Both the position numbers and the translations under genes were made by a program. Source: a virus (taxonomy: Duplodnaviria; Caudoviricetes). From it: DNA of 40,413 nt. This document shows positions 1 through 9,045 of this stretch, piece by piece. The stretch covers positions 1 to 40,413 of the IMG/VR virus record IMGVR_UViG_3300031520_000010. One strand, written 5' to 3'. Under the pieces are notes generated by a model. The model searched no databases and was not told where the DNA came from. It saw nothing but the letters and a program-made list of their open reading frames with translations. Numbering within the stretch: position 1 is the stretch's first letter; each line of letters opens with the position of its first letter.

Positions 1-266
1 GTGATGACGTGGACGCCGCCGATGGCGACGGCCGCGGCGGGCAGGGAGCTGACGGGGATGACCCGGCCGCGGACAACGAGCGCGGCGACGAGGGTGACGA
101 GCAGCCCGACCACGGCGACCGCCGACGCGGTCTGCGTGGCGGTCAGGGTGACGATGTGGAACGCCGAGAGGGCGGTGATGATGATCGGGACGGCGCCGAC
201 GACGGCGGTGCCGATCATCACGGGCTCCGGGGTCGAGGCGGTCGCTGTCACGGGGGTGTCGGCCAT
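1..266 (-). CDS. Putative holin (runs off the window, 3' partial)
   Basis: Not in the ORF track. GGAGGG SD, ATG at 266; MADTPVTATASTPEPVMIGTAVVGAVPIIITALSAFHIV...AVAVVGLLVTLVAALVVRGRVIP has two hydrophobic segments and the EPV...R..V.P pattern of actinophage holins. Confidence 0.65.
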   Translation of the reverse strand, partial: MADTPVTATASTPEPVMIGTAVVGAVPIIITALSAFHIVTLTATQTASAVAVVGLLVTLVAALVVRGRVIPVSSLPAAAVAIGGVHVI

Positions 267-294
267 GCGGGTGCCCTCCAGGGCGCGGGTCGAG

Positions 295-318
295 CCCGGC
301 CGGCGGGTGCCGGTCGGG
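295..318. terminator. Intergenic GC-rich hairpin, possible terminator
   Basis: cccggccggc-gggt-gccggtcggg; 10 bp stem with one G.T; no clear U-tract. Confidence 0.3.
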
Positions 319-335
319 TGCTGGTGGTGCGTAGG

Positions 336-728
336 TCAGTTCTCGGTGGCGGGGACCGGGATGTTGCTGGCGCGGAGTGTCCGCTCAAGCACGTCGATGC
401 GGCGCTCGGCCCGGTCAGCGCGGCGTTCGGCGGCGCGGACTCGTCCCTCGGCGTCGCTGGCCAGGGCTCGGGTCTCGCGGATCTGCTTGTACAGGTCGTC
501 GATGAGTTCGCCCTGCTGCTTCTGCCGGGCCTGCACGCCCTCGATGTCACTGCGCGCGATGATCGCCGCGGCTTCGGCGTCGGTCTTCCGGGCTTCCGCG
601 GCGGCCCTCAGGTCCGCGGCGGCTTTCACGGCCCGGGGCCGCCGGTTCTTGATCAGCCATCCGACCCCGGGGAGGGTGACCGTTACCAGGGCGATCAGGA
701 ACTGCGTGGCGAACTGGCCGACGTTCAT
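336..728 (-). CDS. Membrane-anchored coiled-coil protein of the lysis cassette
   Basis: ATG at 728 overlaps the upstream TGA (ATGA); N-terminal TM (FATQFLIALVTVTLPGVGWLI) followed by a long charged heptad region. Confidence 0.7.
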   Translation of the reverse strand: MNVGQFATQFLIALVTVTLPGVGWLIKNRRPRAVKAAADLRAAAEARKTDAEAAAIIARSDIEGVQARQKQQGELIDDLYKQIRETRALASDAEGRVRAAERRADRAERRIDVLERTLRASNIPVPATEN

Positions 729-1264
729 GGGCGCTCGTCCACGTGCACCTCGCGGTCCGGGTCGCGGATCAGGCGGCCGACCCGGATGAGCGCGACGACC
801 GCGACCAGCGTCTCGGCGCCGACCGGGTAGGACGCCCCGAACAGGACGTGCAGGGCCCCGGCGTGGGGGACGGTCGCCTCGTACCGGGCGGCGGTGGTCA
901 CGGTGACCAGCACGGTTGCGAGCCCGCCGATGATGCACGCGGCCAGTTCTGCGCCGTCCGCGAGCAGGATCGCGCCGACTGGGGTGCCCCGGACCCGGGT
1001 GAGGCGGTTCTGGAATCGCTCGACGAACAGGCTTGCGAGGGTGAGCCCGCCGGCGAACAGGAACACGATGGCGAGGATCCGCTGTGTGGTCAGGGAGTCC
1101 AGGACCGACACGACCGCGGGACTGCCGGTGCCGACGAGCGCGCCGACACCGAAGTACACCCAGGTGGTCCCCCAGATGCCGCGGAAGTAGTTCTGGGATT
1201 GCACCGGCCGGCTCGGCTGGGCCGGGGATGCGGGCGGTGGGACGACAGGTGCGGGGTCGGTCAT
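725..1264 (-). CDS. Multi-pass membrane protein (holin-like)
   Basis: 179 aa, about 4 hydrophobic segments, AGGAGG SD, located downstream of the tail genes. Confidence 0.7.
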   Translation of the reverse strand: MTDPAPVVPPPASPAQPSRPVQSQNYFRGIWGTTWVYFGVGALVGTGSPAVVSVLDSLTTQRILAIVFLFAGGLTLASLFVERFQNRLTRVRGTPVGAILLADGAELAACIIGGLATVLVTVTTAARYEATVPHAGALHVLFGASYPVGAETLVAVVALIRVGRLIRDPDREVHVDERP

Positions 1265-1301
1265 GGCCGTGCCTCCTGACGGTCGTGGACGGGCGGACTG
1301 G

Positions 1302-1919
1302 TCAGGCGGCGCGGGCAGCGACCACGGGAATGTTCGAGGAGCTGCCGCCGACCGGCGATGACGCCGTGGTCGGCAGGGCGGTCTGGCTGGTGAGAACGAG
1401 CGCGCGGGACAGGGACCCGATGCTCAGGGTCGGCGGGATCCACAGGCCGGGTGAGGCGTTGGAGATCACCGCCACCAACGGCGCCGTCGTGGGGGCGGTG
1501 GTGGAGACGTACAGGCTGGCCATCCAGTACCGGGCCGGCTGCAGCGTGCCGGAGATCGTCAGCGCTGCCAGGCCGCCCGCGGTGAGCGGGACCGGGCCGG
1601 ACACCAGCGGGCCGGCCGCGGTGTTCGGTGCGCCGCCGCTGCCGTCGTCGGGGTACAACCCGAGGGTGAACGTGGTCGACCCACCGACCTGGGCGGTGCC
1701 CACGTTGACCCCGAGCCGGTCGTAGGCCTTCGGGGCGGGGCCGACGTCCAGCGGTGAAAAGTACACCGACCCCGACGACAAGGTGTTGTTCGCCGAGGAT
1801 AGGAAGTTGCTCGGGTGCTGCCAGGCCCCCGCGGGGGCGGTGTAGGCCGTCGGGATCGGGCGCGGGGCGGACGACTGGCCGGTCCCGTCCTGATAGGTGA
1901 CGGGGGTCAGGGTGCGCAT
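1302..1919 (-). CDS. Hypothetical virion-associated beta-rich protein
   Basis: 205 aa, Thr/Ser/Ala/Gly-rich, TGATG-coupled to the upstream gene. Confidence 0.7.
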   Translation of the reverse strand: MRTLTPVTYQDGTGQSSAPRPIPTAYTAPAGAWQHPSNFLSSANNTLSSGSVYFSPLDVGPAPKAYDRLGVNVGTAQVGGSTTFTLGLYPDDGSGGAPNTAAGPLVSGPVPLTAGGLAALTISGTLQPARYWMASLYVSTTAPTTAPLVAVISNASPGLWIPPTLSIGSLSRALVLTSQTALPTTASSPVGGSSSNIPVVAARAA

Positions 1920-2716
1920 CAGCCGACGAGCGTGATCCGGTAGGCGGCGGCCGCCGGGGCGACAGCGAAGGTGACGACGCAGCTCGTGGTCGTCGGGAAC
2001 GACACGTCGGCCCAGACCGCGACCCGGCTCGCGGTCGTGTCGGTGAGGGTGAAGTCGACGTCCTGCGTGTTCAGGGTGTGCGGGATGGTCAGCGTGGTGC
2101 TGGTGCCGTCACCGACGTTGAACGCCTGCTTGCGGGCGACCACAGACGGGTCGACCCGAACGGAGGCGGCGTCGGCAATGATCCCGGACCCGGCGACCAC
2201 CGCGAAGGTCTGACCGGTCAAGGACAGGCCGGAACCGGCGGTGTAGACCGCGGAGCTGCCGCCGACCTGGACGAACGCCAGCGCCGTGGTCCCCGGGGTG
2301 ATGACCTCCGAGGTGCCGTCCGCGGTCTGCGTCCAGACCGTGTCGTGGTTGGTGGTGCCCTCCGTGACGGTGATCGTGGCGCCCTGCAGCTGAGGACCGG
2401 TAGACAGGTCCGACGCGCGGGTCAGGGTGGCCGCGGATGCGGTCCAGACGTAGACCCCGTTCTCCGTCGCGGTCGTCTGGTTCTTCACGAGCACCCGGTC
2501 GTTCGCCAGGAGGGTGACACCGTCGATGGTGGCGCCCGGCGCGGTGAGGGAGACGTTGGTGGTCGACCCGGCCCGAGCGGACGTCTTCCACGACAGACCC
2601 CTGACGAGGGCCTGCGCCCACTGCATCGTGACCAGGTCGGTCGGCGCCGACGGGTCGGCGGCGTTGCTGGCCTTCTGGCCCTGCAGATCGACGCCGGTGA
2701 GGAACTTCTGTGCCAT
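1919..2716 (-). CDS. Tail fibre/decoration-type structural protein
   Basis: Contains the common phage fibre motif TTNVSL..PG.TIDGV.L..NDRVLVKNQT..TENGVY and a C-terminal HTLNT.DV module. Confidence 0.7.
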   Translation of the reverse strand: MAQKFLTGVDLQGQKASNAADPSAPTDLVTMQWAQALVRGLSWKTSARAGSTTNVSLTAPGATIDGVTLLANDRVLVKNQTTATENGVYVWTASAATLTRASDLSTGPQLQGATITVTEGTTNHDTVWTQTADGTSEVITPGTTALAFVQVGGSSAVYTAGSGLSLTGQTFAVVAGSGIIADAASVRVDPSVVARKQAFNVGDGTSTTLTIPHTLNTQDVDFTLTDTTASRVAVWADVSFPTTTSCVVTFAVAPAAAAYRITLVG

Positions 2717-2728
2717 GACGGGTGCTCC

Positions 2729-3067
2729 CTAGGTGAGGACGACGGTGCCCGAGACGGGCGCGGGGAAGGCGACGGTGACGGTGGTGACGGTGGCGGTGAT
2801 GTCGGTGAAGGTCCGAGCGCCGTCTATCCACAGCTCAACGCAGGGGAGACGCAGCAAGGGGTGCGGGACGACCCAGGATGAAGACGGCGTCGTCTGGTCG
2901 TGGACGTAGCCGGACCCAGCCGCCCCGGGCAGTCCTCCCGGTCCGGCCGGTCCTGCGACCGGCACGAGCACGACCGGGTTGGTGGTGGGCGGTGCGACGG
3001 TGACCGTGTTCGGCGGCGGGACGACGATGGTGATGACCGAGCCGTCCCGGATGACCAGCTCAGGCAT
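2729..3067 (-). CDS. Small structural protein with short collagen-like GXY stretch
   Basis: GPAGPGGLPGAAG followed by YVHDQ..PSSSWVVPH.L; ATG at 3067 overlaps the upstream stop. Confidence 0.65.
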   Translation of the reverse strand: MPELVIRDGSVITIVVPPPNTVTVAPPTTNPVVLVPVAGPAGPGGLPGAAGSGYVHDQTTPSSSWVVPHPLLRLPCVELWIDGARTFTDITATVTTVTVAFPAPVSGTVVLT

Positions 3068-3380
3068 CAACGATCACCGGACCCTTGTTGGAGAAGGAGG
3101 GCGTGCCGCCGTAGGTCGCCCGGGTCCGGTAGTGGCTGGTCCCGGCAGCGATGATCGCGTTGACCATCGCGACGTCCGCCGTGACGGTCGCAACAGCGCC
3201 GATCACCACGCCCGGCCAGATGACGGACCCGAACTCCATTTGCAGCGTCGTGCTGGCTGGGTATGGGGTGGGGGTGACCCGGTCCGGGAGCGTCGAGTTG
3301 TAGGTGACGGTGATCGGTTCGTCGGTGTTCAGCAGCAGGGGCAGCCGGGGGATGCGGTGGCCGATCTCGTCGCCGCTCAC
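3060..3380 (-). CDS. Small beta-sandwich minor tail/fibre adaptor protein
   Basis: 106 aa, GTGA-coupled; resembles small actinophage proteins that precede collagen-like fibres (recalled, not searched). Confidence 0.55.
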   Translation of the reverse strand: MSGDEIGHRIPRLPLLLNTDEPITVTYNSTLPDRVTPTPYPASTTLQMEFGSVIWPGVVIGAVATVTADVAMVNAIIAAGTSHYRTRATYGGTPSFSNKGPVIVDA

Positions 3381-4486
3381 GTGTACTCCCGCACCCCGGT
3401 GGTGCCGTCCTCAAACAGGTTCCCGGTGGAGGTGACCCCGAGGGCGAGGTTCCGGGCGATCCCGGCCTGCGCGTACTGCCTGCCCGTTCCCTTCCCGAAC
3501 CGGTTGTTCCGCACGGTCACGTTGGTGATCGCCCTGGCCGGGCTGGTAGTGCGGTCGGCGAAGTTCAGCCCGACGTTGCCGCCGAGGAACAGGTTCTCCT
3601 CGATGACCAGGCCATCGATGGCGCCGACGTCCGGCTTGACCAGCAGGCAGTCCTGGACCTCCCCGGCGGGGCCGCGGGTCGCGGTGCTCCCGTCCGAGTG
3701 CGGGTAGCCGAGCCCGTCGATGCTCGACGACGCCTCGTACGCGACGACCGTGTTCCAGCGGATGAGACCGCCGGTCCCGCCCTCCCACTGCACGAGGGTG
3801 TCGTTGTGCGTGTCGTGCGAGCTCGGCCAGGACAGCCCGCCCGGTCCGAGCCCGGACCCATCCGGTGCCGCGGACTGGTAGAACGGCCGGTCCGCGTAGC
3901 AGCGCTGGATGAGCACCCCGGACGGTGCGTCGGCCTGCCCCGACACCAGGTTGTACACCTCCATGTGGTCCACGACAGCCGAGAAGTAGCAGGCGTCCAC
4001 GGTGAACCGGCTGCCGGTGAGCCCGTTCCACTGGCCGCTCGGCGACCGCGGTGCGAAGTCGCAGAACAGGAAGTCGGCGTGCCCGGGGTCCTGGAGCTGG
4101 CTGGCCCGGACCAGACCGATGTATGCACCGGTGCCCGGGGTGGGGCCGCCGGTGAACCGGCACCCGACGAACCGGTACTGCCCGGTCCCCGCCAGTTGGA
4201 TGGCGCAATCGAAGATCACGTTGGTGTAGGTGCCGGCGGGCAGGGTCTGGCTGGTGGTCTCGGTGCGGGACGCCACCCACCCGCTGATCGCCGCGGTCCC
4301 CGCGTTCGCCTGCGTGGCACCACCCGCCTGGGACGGGGGGAACGGCGGCAGCGCAGGAGTCGAGGAGCTGGGCACCGTGAATGGGTACCGGGCTGTCCTG
4401 GTCGCGCTGCCCCGGGTCTCGGTGACCACCGCGACCAGGCTGGCCCCGGGGACAACGAGCGGGCTGGTCGCGGTGACGTCAGGCAC
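3377..4486 (-). CDS. Right-handed beta-helix (pectate lyase-like) tailspike/depolymerase candidate
   Basis: GTG at 4486 with GGAGG SD; repeating beta-helix rungs (FVGCRF, FLFCDF, TVDACYF, LIQRCY, LIRWNT, VIEENLFLGG, TVRNNRFG). Confidence 0.65.
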   Translation of the reverse strand: MPDVTATSPLVVPGASLVAVVTETRGSATRTARYPFTVPSSSTPALPPFPPSQAGGATQANAGTAAISGWVASRTETTSQTLPAGTYTNVIFDCAIQLAGTGQYRFVGCRFTGGPTPGTGAYIGLVRASQLQDPGHADFLFCDFAPRSPSGQWNGLTGSRFTVDACYFSAVVDHMEVYNLVSGQADAPSGVLIQRCYADRPFYQSAAPDGSGLGPGGLSWPSSHDTHNDTLVQWEGGTGGLIRWNTVVAYEASSSIDGLGYPHSDGSTATRGPAGEVQDCLLVKPDVGAIDGLVIEENLFLGGNVGLNFADRTTSPARAITNVTVRNNRFGKGTGRQYAQAGIARNLALGVTSTGNLFEDGTTGVREYT

Positions 4487-4637
4487 TCCTGACCTCCAGG
4501 GTGAGCGTGGCGGCGAGGTCCGCGCCAACGACGGTCGCGGTGGCCGTGGTGTTGGTGACGGACACCGAGGTGATCACCAGCGGGCCGGGTCGGCGGTGGG
4601 CCAGCCGGATGTGCCAGAAGTCGCTGAAGAAACCCAT
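4479..4637 (-). CDS. Small hypothetical protein, 52 aa (not in ORF track)
   Basis: MGFFSDFWHIRLAHRRPGPLVITSVSVTNTTATATVVGADLAATLTLEVRSA; fills the gap and its stop overlaps the next start (GTGCCTGA). Confidence 0.55.
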   Translation of the reverse strand: MGFFSDFWHIRLAHRRPGPLVITSVSVTNTTATATVVGADLAATLTLEVRSA

Positions 4638-4662
4638 CAGGTGGATCCCACGGGGGCGGTGC

Positions 4663-7119
4663 TCACGCCATCACCGGGAGCATCGACTCGACGGCGAAGG
4701 TGCGGATCGCGGACAGGACCGCGTCGCGGATCCGGTACTCCTCAGGGATGTCGCTGGTGGCCGCGCCGAACCCGTAGCCGGCCCTCGACGCCCTCGGGTC
4801 CTCCACATAGATGGCCGCGGCCCCGGTGGTGGTGTCAATCGTGGTGAACCCGAAGTCGCGGCCGGCGAACCCGACCGCGACCCGGTACTTGACCTCCGCG
4901 GCGGCGCCCGTGTTGGCCCAGGACAGGATCTGTGCGTCGGTGACCAGGTGACTGAGCGCCCACCTGGCACCCATGACCATCCGGTCCCTGGAGATCGCGT
5001 CGGCCGCGCCCGCCATTACCCCGGAGTAGTTCGTGCCGTCCCAGCGGTTGCCGGGGGCGATGTTGGTCTGACGCGTCCCTGGGCTGATTCCTACGCCGTA
5101 GTCGGAGCCGGTGACCACGTACCCGACGCCGATCTGGTGGGGGATCGCATCCCGGTACTTCGTGACGTCGTTGGCCGCGGTGGCGGCGTCGGCGGCGGCC
5201 TGCCACTCAGACACCGTGACCAGGCCGGTGAGCATCGAGTTCCCGCAGGCCCGGGCTCCCCAGCCGTACTTGAAGACCCCGGACCAGTGGAAGAAGTCGT
5301 CGCAGTAACCGCCGTAGGCCATGCAGTACAGGCCATCCGGGTTCGTCGTGCTGTAGCGGACCCCCCACATCTCCCAAAACGCCCAGCGGCTGATCCCACC
5401 GTCGACCCACGCGGTCCCCGACCAGGCCCACAGGTGCCCGGTGTCAGCGGTCACCCAGCCGTCGCCGGCGGTCTGGCCCGTGGTCGGCAGCGCCGCGTAG
5501 TTGACCACCGAGCCCTTGTGGACGGCATAAGCGATGGAGCAGTAGGGCTGGAGGATCGCGACGTGCTTGTCGTCTCCGGACGCCTCCATCTGGTGCTGCT
5601 GGCGGACCTTCTGCCCCAGCGCGTAGCTGCCCGCCAGCGGGGTCGACAGATTCCAGAGCCGGGTGGAGTCCAGGCGCGCGGTAATCGTGGTGACCTGCAA
5701 CGGCTCCGGAGCTGGCGCACCGGTCCCGGTGGCCGCCGTCTCGAAGGTGACCGACGCCGGGTACAGGTACGGGAGTCCACCGGACAGCACGATCGAGGTG
5801 GCGCCGGCGACGGGCACGACCGGGTCCTCACCCTGGCAGGTGCCGCTCGCCCCGGCCGCGACGGCCGCCGTGAGGTTCGTGTCGATCGTCCACAGATAGT
5901 CGTTGGTCGCGGTCTGCTTGACGACCGACAGGACCTTGAAGGTGTTCGTCCCGAGGACCCACGGCAGGCCGGTGGCGCCGATGGTCCACCCAGACGGGAA
6001 ACCCCCGGCCGAGACGAACGAACCGTCCCCGACCGCCGCGGCCGTCTTGACCTGCACGGTGCTAACAACCCGGGCGGGCATCGTCAGGTTGTTGTTCGTC
6101 CCCGGCAGCAGCGCACTCTGCGTCGGCAGCGGAACCTTCTGGAAGCGGCCCGCGAGCCCGGACACGTCGGTGCTCCCGAACAGGGCGCTCTGGTTGGACC
6201 AGCCGGACACTCCGACCCGAGAGGTCGGCTGGTTCGGGGGGACCACGTACACCGGGATCGAGAAGGTGCCCTTGTTGACACTCAGCTGGTACGGGTCGTC
6301 GTAGTACCCCTGGACCCCCGCCGCGTTGGCGGTCTTCGTGTACTTCAGCTGCCGGGCCGCCCGGGCGGCCCAGTCGCGGTACGAGTCGACGTCGGACCCG
6401 TCGAGGGGCCGCTGCCGGTTCATGAACGCGATCGGCGCGTGCATCCGCGCCTTGCTCGTCGGCTTGACCGTGGAGTCGCTCACGGGGATCGCCCACTGGG
6501 CACCGAGCTGCTGATGCCGGGCGTTCAACTCCTGGCGGGTCAGGACCCGGTTGTACAGCTCCACCGGCCCGATGTGCAGATCGGTGGTGGTGCCGCTGCC
6601 GTTGCCGGCCCGGTTCAACCGCAGCGTCGTCATCGTCGTCGGGAGCCCGCGGATGGTGACCGAGATGATCGACCAGTTGTTGGTGATGTCCTGGGAGCCG
6701 AGGCCGACCTCGGCGCCGTTGATCCACATCCGTTCCAGGCCTGCGCCGGACCCGCCGATAGTGTTGTTCGCCCACGGCTGGTTCCCGGGGGTGTGGGTCA
6801 GGTCGGTGAAGCCGGCGAGGATGTCGAACCCGGTGGCGCTGATGATCGCGGCCTGCGCGTTGGGCGCGACCGCCGTGGTCGTGTTCGCGCCGCCGGTGGG
6901 GGTCGGCTTCTGGACGACCGCGATGACGGTGACGTCGGGGCCGATCTTGCTGGCGTCCTGCTGCATCAGCACAGCGCCGCCGGTGAAGTCCAGGTAGGGC
7001 TGGCCGTTCGGGCCGTCCGTGCGGAACACGGGGGCGGGGAAACCCGGGGCGACGGTCATGTCCAGGCCGCCAGCGGTGTCGGGCAGGGTGGCGACAGCGG
7101 CGCCAGCGGTGAGGGGCAT
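4663..7119 (-). CDS. Large multidomain virion appendage protein (N-terminal LamG/ConA-like domain plus uncharacterised C-terminal domain)
   Basis: 818 aa, AGGAG SD; P.F...GPNGQPYLDF...IGPVELYNRVLT..E pattern of LamG-like jelly rolls. Confidence 0.65.
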   Translation of the reverse strand: MPLTAGAAVATLPDTAGGLDMTVAPGFPAPVFRTDGPNGQPYLDFTGGAVLMQQDASKIGPDVTVIAVVQKPTPTGGANTTTAVAPNAQAAIISATGFDILAGFTDLTHTPGNQPWANNTIGGSGAGLERMWINGAEVGLGSQDITNNWSIISVTIRGLPTTMTTLRLNRAGNGSGTTTDLHIGPVELYNRVLTRQELNARHQQLGAQWAIPVSDSTVKPTSKARMHAPIAFMNRQRPLDGSDVDSYRDWAARAARQLKYTKTANAAGVQGYYDDPYQLSVNKGTFSIPVYVVPPNQPTSRVGVSGWSNQSALFGSTDVSGLAGRFQKVPLPTQSALLPGTNNNLTMPARVVSTVQVKTAAAVGDGSFVSAGGFPSGWTIGATGLPWVLGTNTFKVLSVVKQTATNDYLWTIDTNLTAAVAAGASGTCQGEDPVVPVAGATSIVLSGGLPYLYPASVTFETAATGTGAPAPEPLQVTTITARLDSTRLWNLSTPLAGSYALGQKVRQQHQMEASGDDKHVAILQPYCSIAYAVHKGSVVNYAALPTTGQTAGDGWVTADTGHLWAWSGTAWVDGGISRWAFWEMWGVRYSTTNPDGLYCMAYGGYCDDFFHWSGVFKYGWGARACGNSMLTGLVTVSEWQAAADAATAANDVTKYRDAIPHQIGVGYVVTGSDYGVGISPGTRQTNIAPGNRWDGTNYSGVMAGAADAISRDRMVMGARWALSHLVTDAQILSWANTGAAAEVKYRVAVGFAGRDFGFTTIDTTTGAAAIYVEDPRASRAGYGFGAATSDIPEEYRIRDAVLSAIRTFAVESMLPVMA

Positions 7120-7131
7120 CAGGTCTCCTGA

Positions 7132-9036
7132 TCAGGCGGCGTTGGCGGGGGAGTACGAGTACGTCGGGGCCCCGATGCCAGCCCCGGAGCCGGCAGCTGC
7201 GACGGTGACCGTGCCGGCGGTGTATCCGCGGTTCTGGGCGTCGGTGACCGCAGCGGCCTCGGTGGTCCCGTAGGTCCCGGAGTGGTCGATGTCGAGGTAG
7301 TGGTGGGCCTCGAACACGACCAGGGGGTCGGTGTTCCGGGGCGTCCCGGCGCCGGCCTGCCCGGCGGGGATGGTGGTGTACAGCCACGCGGTGGACCCGT
7401 TGAGGGCGGCCCAGGCGTGCGCGTTCCCGTAGTTGTACCCGCACACGGTGATCCGGGCGGGGGTCTGCCAGTCCACGGCCCTGATCGCCTCGGTGGCCCG
7501 AGACGAGGCGTCCTGCCAGGTTTCGTAGCCCTGGGTCTTGCCCGCGATGACGGTAAGGTCGTGCGGCTCGTTCGTCAGGCCGTAGCCCCACAGACCGGAC
7601 GAGCCCTTGTACTGGGTGGCCATCCGGGACCAGAAGTCGGCGAAAGCGTCGGTCATGGTGCCCCCGGCGGGATTGGCCTGCCCGAGGTCCCGGATGCTCC
7701 CGTCGGCCAGGGTGTACTGGGCGTAGTTGTGCTGGTCGATGAGCACGGAGATCCCGGCGGCGGACGCCCACGCGAGGGCCTGGGTCAGCCGGGCCACCTC
7801 GGCGGTGTCCAAGGCGGCCCCGAGGGTGGGCTGGAGTCGCTCCCACCGCACGGGCAGCCGGACCAGCTTCACGCCCTGCGCGGAGAGGTAGGACCAGGAG
7901 CCCTGGGTGGGGTAGGCGTACTGCGCCCCGGCCGTGCCAGGCCGGGGGTTCAGCGGCGCTGACGGTCCAGCGTCCCCGAACTCCGCACCGGACAGGTTCA
8001 CTCCCCGGGCCGCGCCGGGCCACCGCTTCACGACGTCGCCGACCGTGGTCGTCACGGTCAACGGATCGGACCCACCGGTGGTGTTCCGGAACGCACGGAG
8101 CCCGATGCTCCACTCGGACGCTGTCCACGCGGTCACCGCCAGGCCCGCAGCGTCGGCGGCGGCGTACCAGCCGTCCAGGGCCGTCGCCCACGCCGGGTCC
8201 GCGTTCGGGTCGTTCCCCGCGGAGGACTGGCCGGGGATCCCGATCTCCCCGATGAGGCCCTTGACGTTGTTCACGCCCAACCAGTCGGTGAACACCTTCA
8301 GCTCGGCGCGGCCCTTGCCGCCGACCGCGTCGAAGCTGATCGTCCTGGTGGTGGACGTCGGCGTCGGGGTGGGCGTCGGGGTGGGCGTCGGAGCGGACCC
8401 CGAGGAGACAGTGATCCCTGGGCGGGCCGACGGCGTGGTGTCCGCCAGCTGCGCGTAGGTCACATTCGGCTGGGTGTAGGTCAGCGTCGTGCCGGCCAGG
8501 ACGTAGGTGACCGTGTACCGCAGCACCCGGACCGCGGCGCCCGCCGTCGGGTCCAGCGTCGCGTCGAACACGCCGGTCGCACCGTCCGGCCACTGCACGC
8601 CGGTGCTGTGGAGCAGCCACCGCTGGTCGCTGCTGTAGGTCAGGGTCCCGGTGGCCATCGTGTTCGGGTCGGACGCGGCCGCCAGCAGGACCGTGGACGT
8701 CGAGGCCTTCGTCCCGACCAGCGTCGCGAGCGCCGCGGCACCAGTTTCATCCGTCTGCATCAGGGTGCGGAGTTCCTGCAGCGTGTCGTACGTCGGGCCA
8801 GCGCCGCCGAGGACCCCGGAGACCGCTGTCGCGATCGCCGCTGTCTGGGCAGTGCTCACCGGCTTCGCGGCGTCCGAGGTGCCGTCCACGGCCGCGAGGA
8901 GGCTGCGGAGCTCGGCGAGCGCGGTGGTCAGCAGGTTGATGTCGGAGGCCGGTTCCCCGGCCAGCGGCGCCCGGAGCGCGCCGCCCGCTGTCGTCTGGCG
9001 TCCACCCGTGGGGATCGGTGCGGTGTAGGTGGGCAT
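7132..9036 (-). CDS. Tail-associated glycoside hydrolase family 5 (endoglucanase-like), circularly permuted
   Basis: GVNLSGAEFG, RLPVRWERLQP, IDQHNY, NEPH, EAHHYLD and GLIGEIG motifs; N-terminal fibre motifs (TSDAAKPVSTAQ, YDTLQEL); PT linker. Confidence 0.85.
   Translation of the reverse strand: MPTYTAPIPTGGRQTTAGGALRAPLAGEPASDINLLTTALAELRSLLAAVDGTSDAAKPVSTAQTAAIATAVSGVLGGAGPTYDTLQELRTLMQTDETGAAALATLVGTKASTSTVLLAAASDPNTMATGTLTYSSDQRWLLHSTGVQWPDGATGVFDATLDPTAGAAVRVLRYTVTYVLAGTTLTYTQPNVTYAQLADTTPSARPGITVSSGSAPTPTPTPTPTPTSTTRTISFDAVGGKGRAELKVFTDWLGVNNVKGLIGEIGIPGQSSAGNDPNADPAWATALDGWYAAADAAGLAVTAWTASEWSIGLRAFRNTTGGSDPLTVTTTVGDVVKRWPGAARGVNLSGAEFGDAGPSAPLNPRPGTAGAQYAYPTQGSWSYLSAQGVKLVRLPVRWERLQPTLGAALDTAEVARLTQALAWASAAGISVLIDQHNYAQYTLADGSIRDLGQANPAGGTMTDAFADFWSRMATQYKGSSGLWGYGLTNEPHDLTVIAGKTQGYETWQDASSRATEAIRAVDWQTPARITVCGYNYGNAHAWAALNGSTAWLYTTIPAGQAGAGTPRNTDPLVVFEAHHYLDIDHSGTYGTTEAAAVTDAQNRGYTAGTVTVAAAGSGAGIGAPTYSYSPANAA
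8360..8390. repeat. 12-bp tandem repeat (ggcgtcggggtg x~2.5) encoding a Pro-Thr linker
   Basis: Seen directly; encodes PTPTPTPTPT. Confidence 0.85.
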
Positions 9037-9045
9037 GGGGCTCCC

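Noticed and set aside
4501-7131. 876-aa plus-strand ORF and other long plus-strand ORFs (e.g. 14856-16322, 17023-18531, 29316-31001)
   Set aside because: Antisense shadows of well-supported minus-strand genes. High GC suppresses stop codons, and the translations are Arg/Pro/Gly-rich with no motifs.
6062-8620. 852-aa same-strand alternative-frame ORF over the GH5 gene
   Set aside because: Arg/Gly/Pro-rich off-frame reading of GC-biased codons with no recognisable motif
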